Assembly: GCA_963737265.1 (NCBI GenBank)
Contig: CAVTRY010000013.1
Coordinates: 515,544 to 579,543, forward strand
Length of the DNA: 64,000 nucleotides
Reading direction: 5' to 3'
From: an uncultured delta proteobacterium
GTDB taxonomy: Bacteria; Myxococcota_A; Polyangia; Fen-1088
The notes beneath the pieces were generated by a model. The model saw nothing but the letters and a program-made list of their open reading frames with translations. It did not search any database and was not told where the DNA came from. The position numbers and the translations under genes were made by a program. Position 1 is the stretch's first letter. Every line of letters starts with the position of its first letter. Shown here piece by piece: positions 63,530-64,000 of this stretch.

Positions 63530-64000
63530 GGCATCCGAAAATTCCGTGCAGGAACCAACGCTGCGAGCCAGTGGTGGTGTCCTCGCCATCGCCCGAGCGA
63601 TAGATCCAGAAACGCTCGCCCGCCTCGTCCTCAACCCGGAAATAGTCGCGGACCGTGGAGAGTTCGGCGTCCAGCTTCCACCATTCCCCAAAAACCCGCT
63701 CGGGGCCGTCCGCGCATGTCACTCGGCGCCGAACGCCGCGCCAGGTGAAACTGACGGGCGGATGGTCGGGCAGCAAGCGAGCGTCTCGATCGGCTCGGGT
63801 CTCGGCAACAGACGTGCGGGGCGCGGCCAATGGTACGGCCAAAGATTGGCCAAGTCTCGGTTTCGGCGCAAGCGGCTCGGCGAGGGTGGCGGCAAGGCGC
63901 ATCATCTCGATTCCGAATCCTGGATCGATGGTTTCGATCTTATCGCAGAGGAGCCGGTTCATACGCGTCCCGTCGCGCACCGGCAGCGACGTGCCGATGC
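63530..64000 (-). pseudogene. imuB: ImuB (Y-family-like) C-terminal fragments
   Basis: IDPGFGIE and LPDHPP...GPERVFGEWW...RDYFRVEDEAGERFW...WFLHG, with the middle part deleted. Confidence 0.75.

Overview
GC-rich window that looks myxobacterial (Polyangia/Myxococcota-like, judged from Ser/Thr kinases, GltJ/AgmX-type zinc-ribbon-GYF proteins and PEGA/TPR proteins). Bases 1-32 kb are mostly core genome: glyA, a radical SAM fusion, pyrR-pyrB-pyrC-carA, purA, xseA, cysS, murI, a SNF2 helicase pair and a CBM6-GH9 lipoprotein. Bases 32-64 kb are a heavily rearranged accessory region. It holds several broken IS91/ISCR-like rolling-circle elements, one IS3, two ISL3, an ISAs1-derived MITE, three toxin-antitoxin pairs, a kinase-PEGA-lipoprotein operon, a subtilase and many gene fragments. 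The best candidate for an undescribed system is an intact, tightly spaced operon encoding a HEPN-like protein, a KGGVGR-variant ParA/MinD ATPase and a P-loop ATPase (36124-39357). The second candidate is an IS91 element ending in an attC-like hairpin directly upstream of a hicBA cassette (51.2-52.0 kb). Frameshifts in conserved genes suggest indel errors, and the last ~2.8 kb may be chimeric. All calls come from motif reading by eye; no searches were run.
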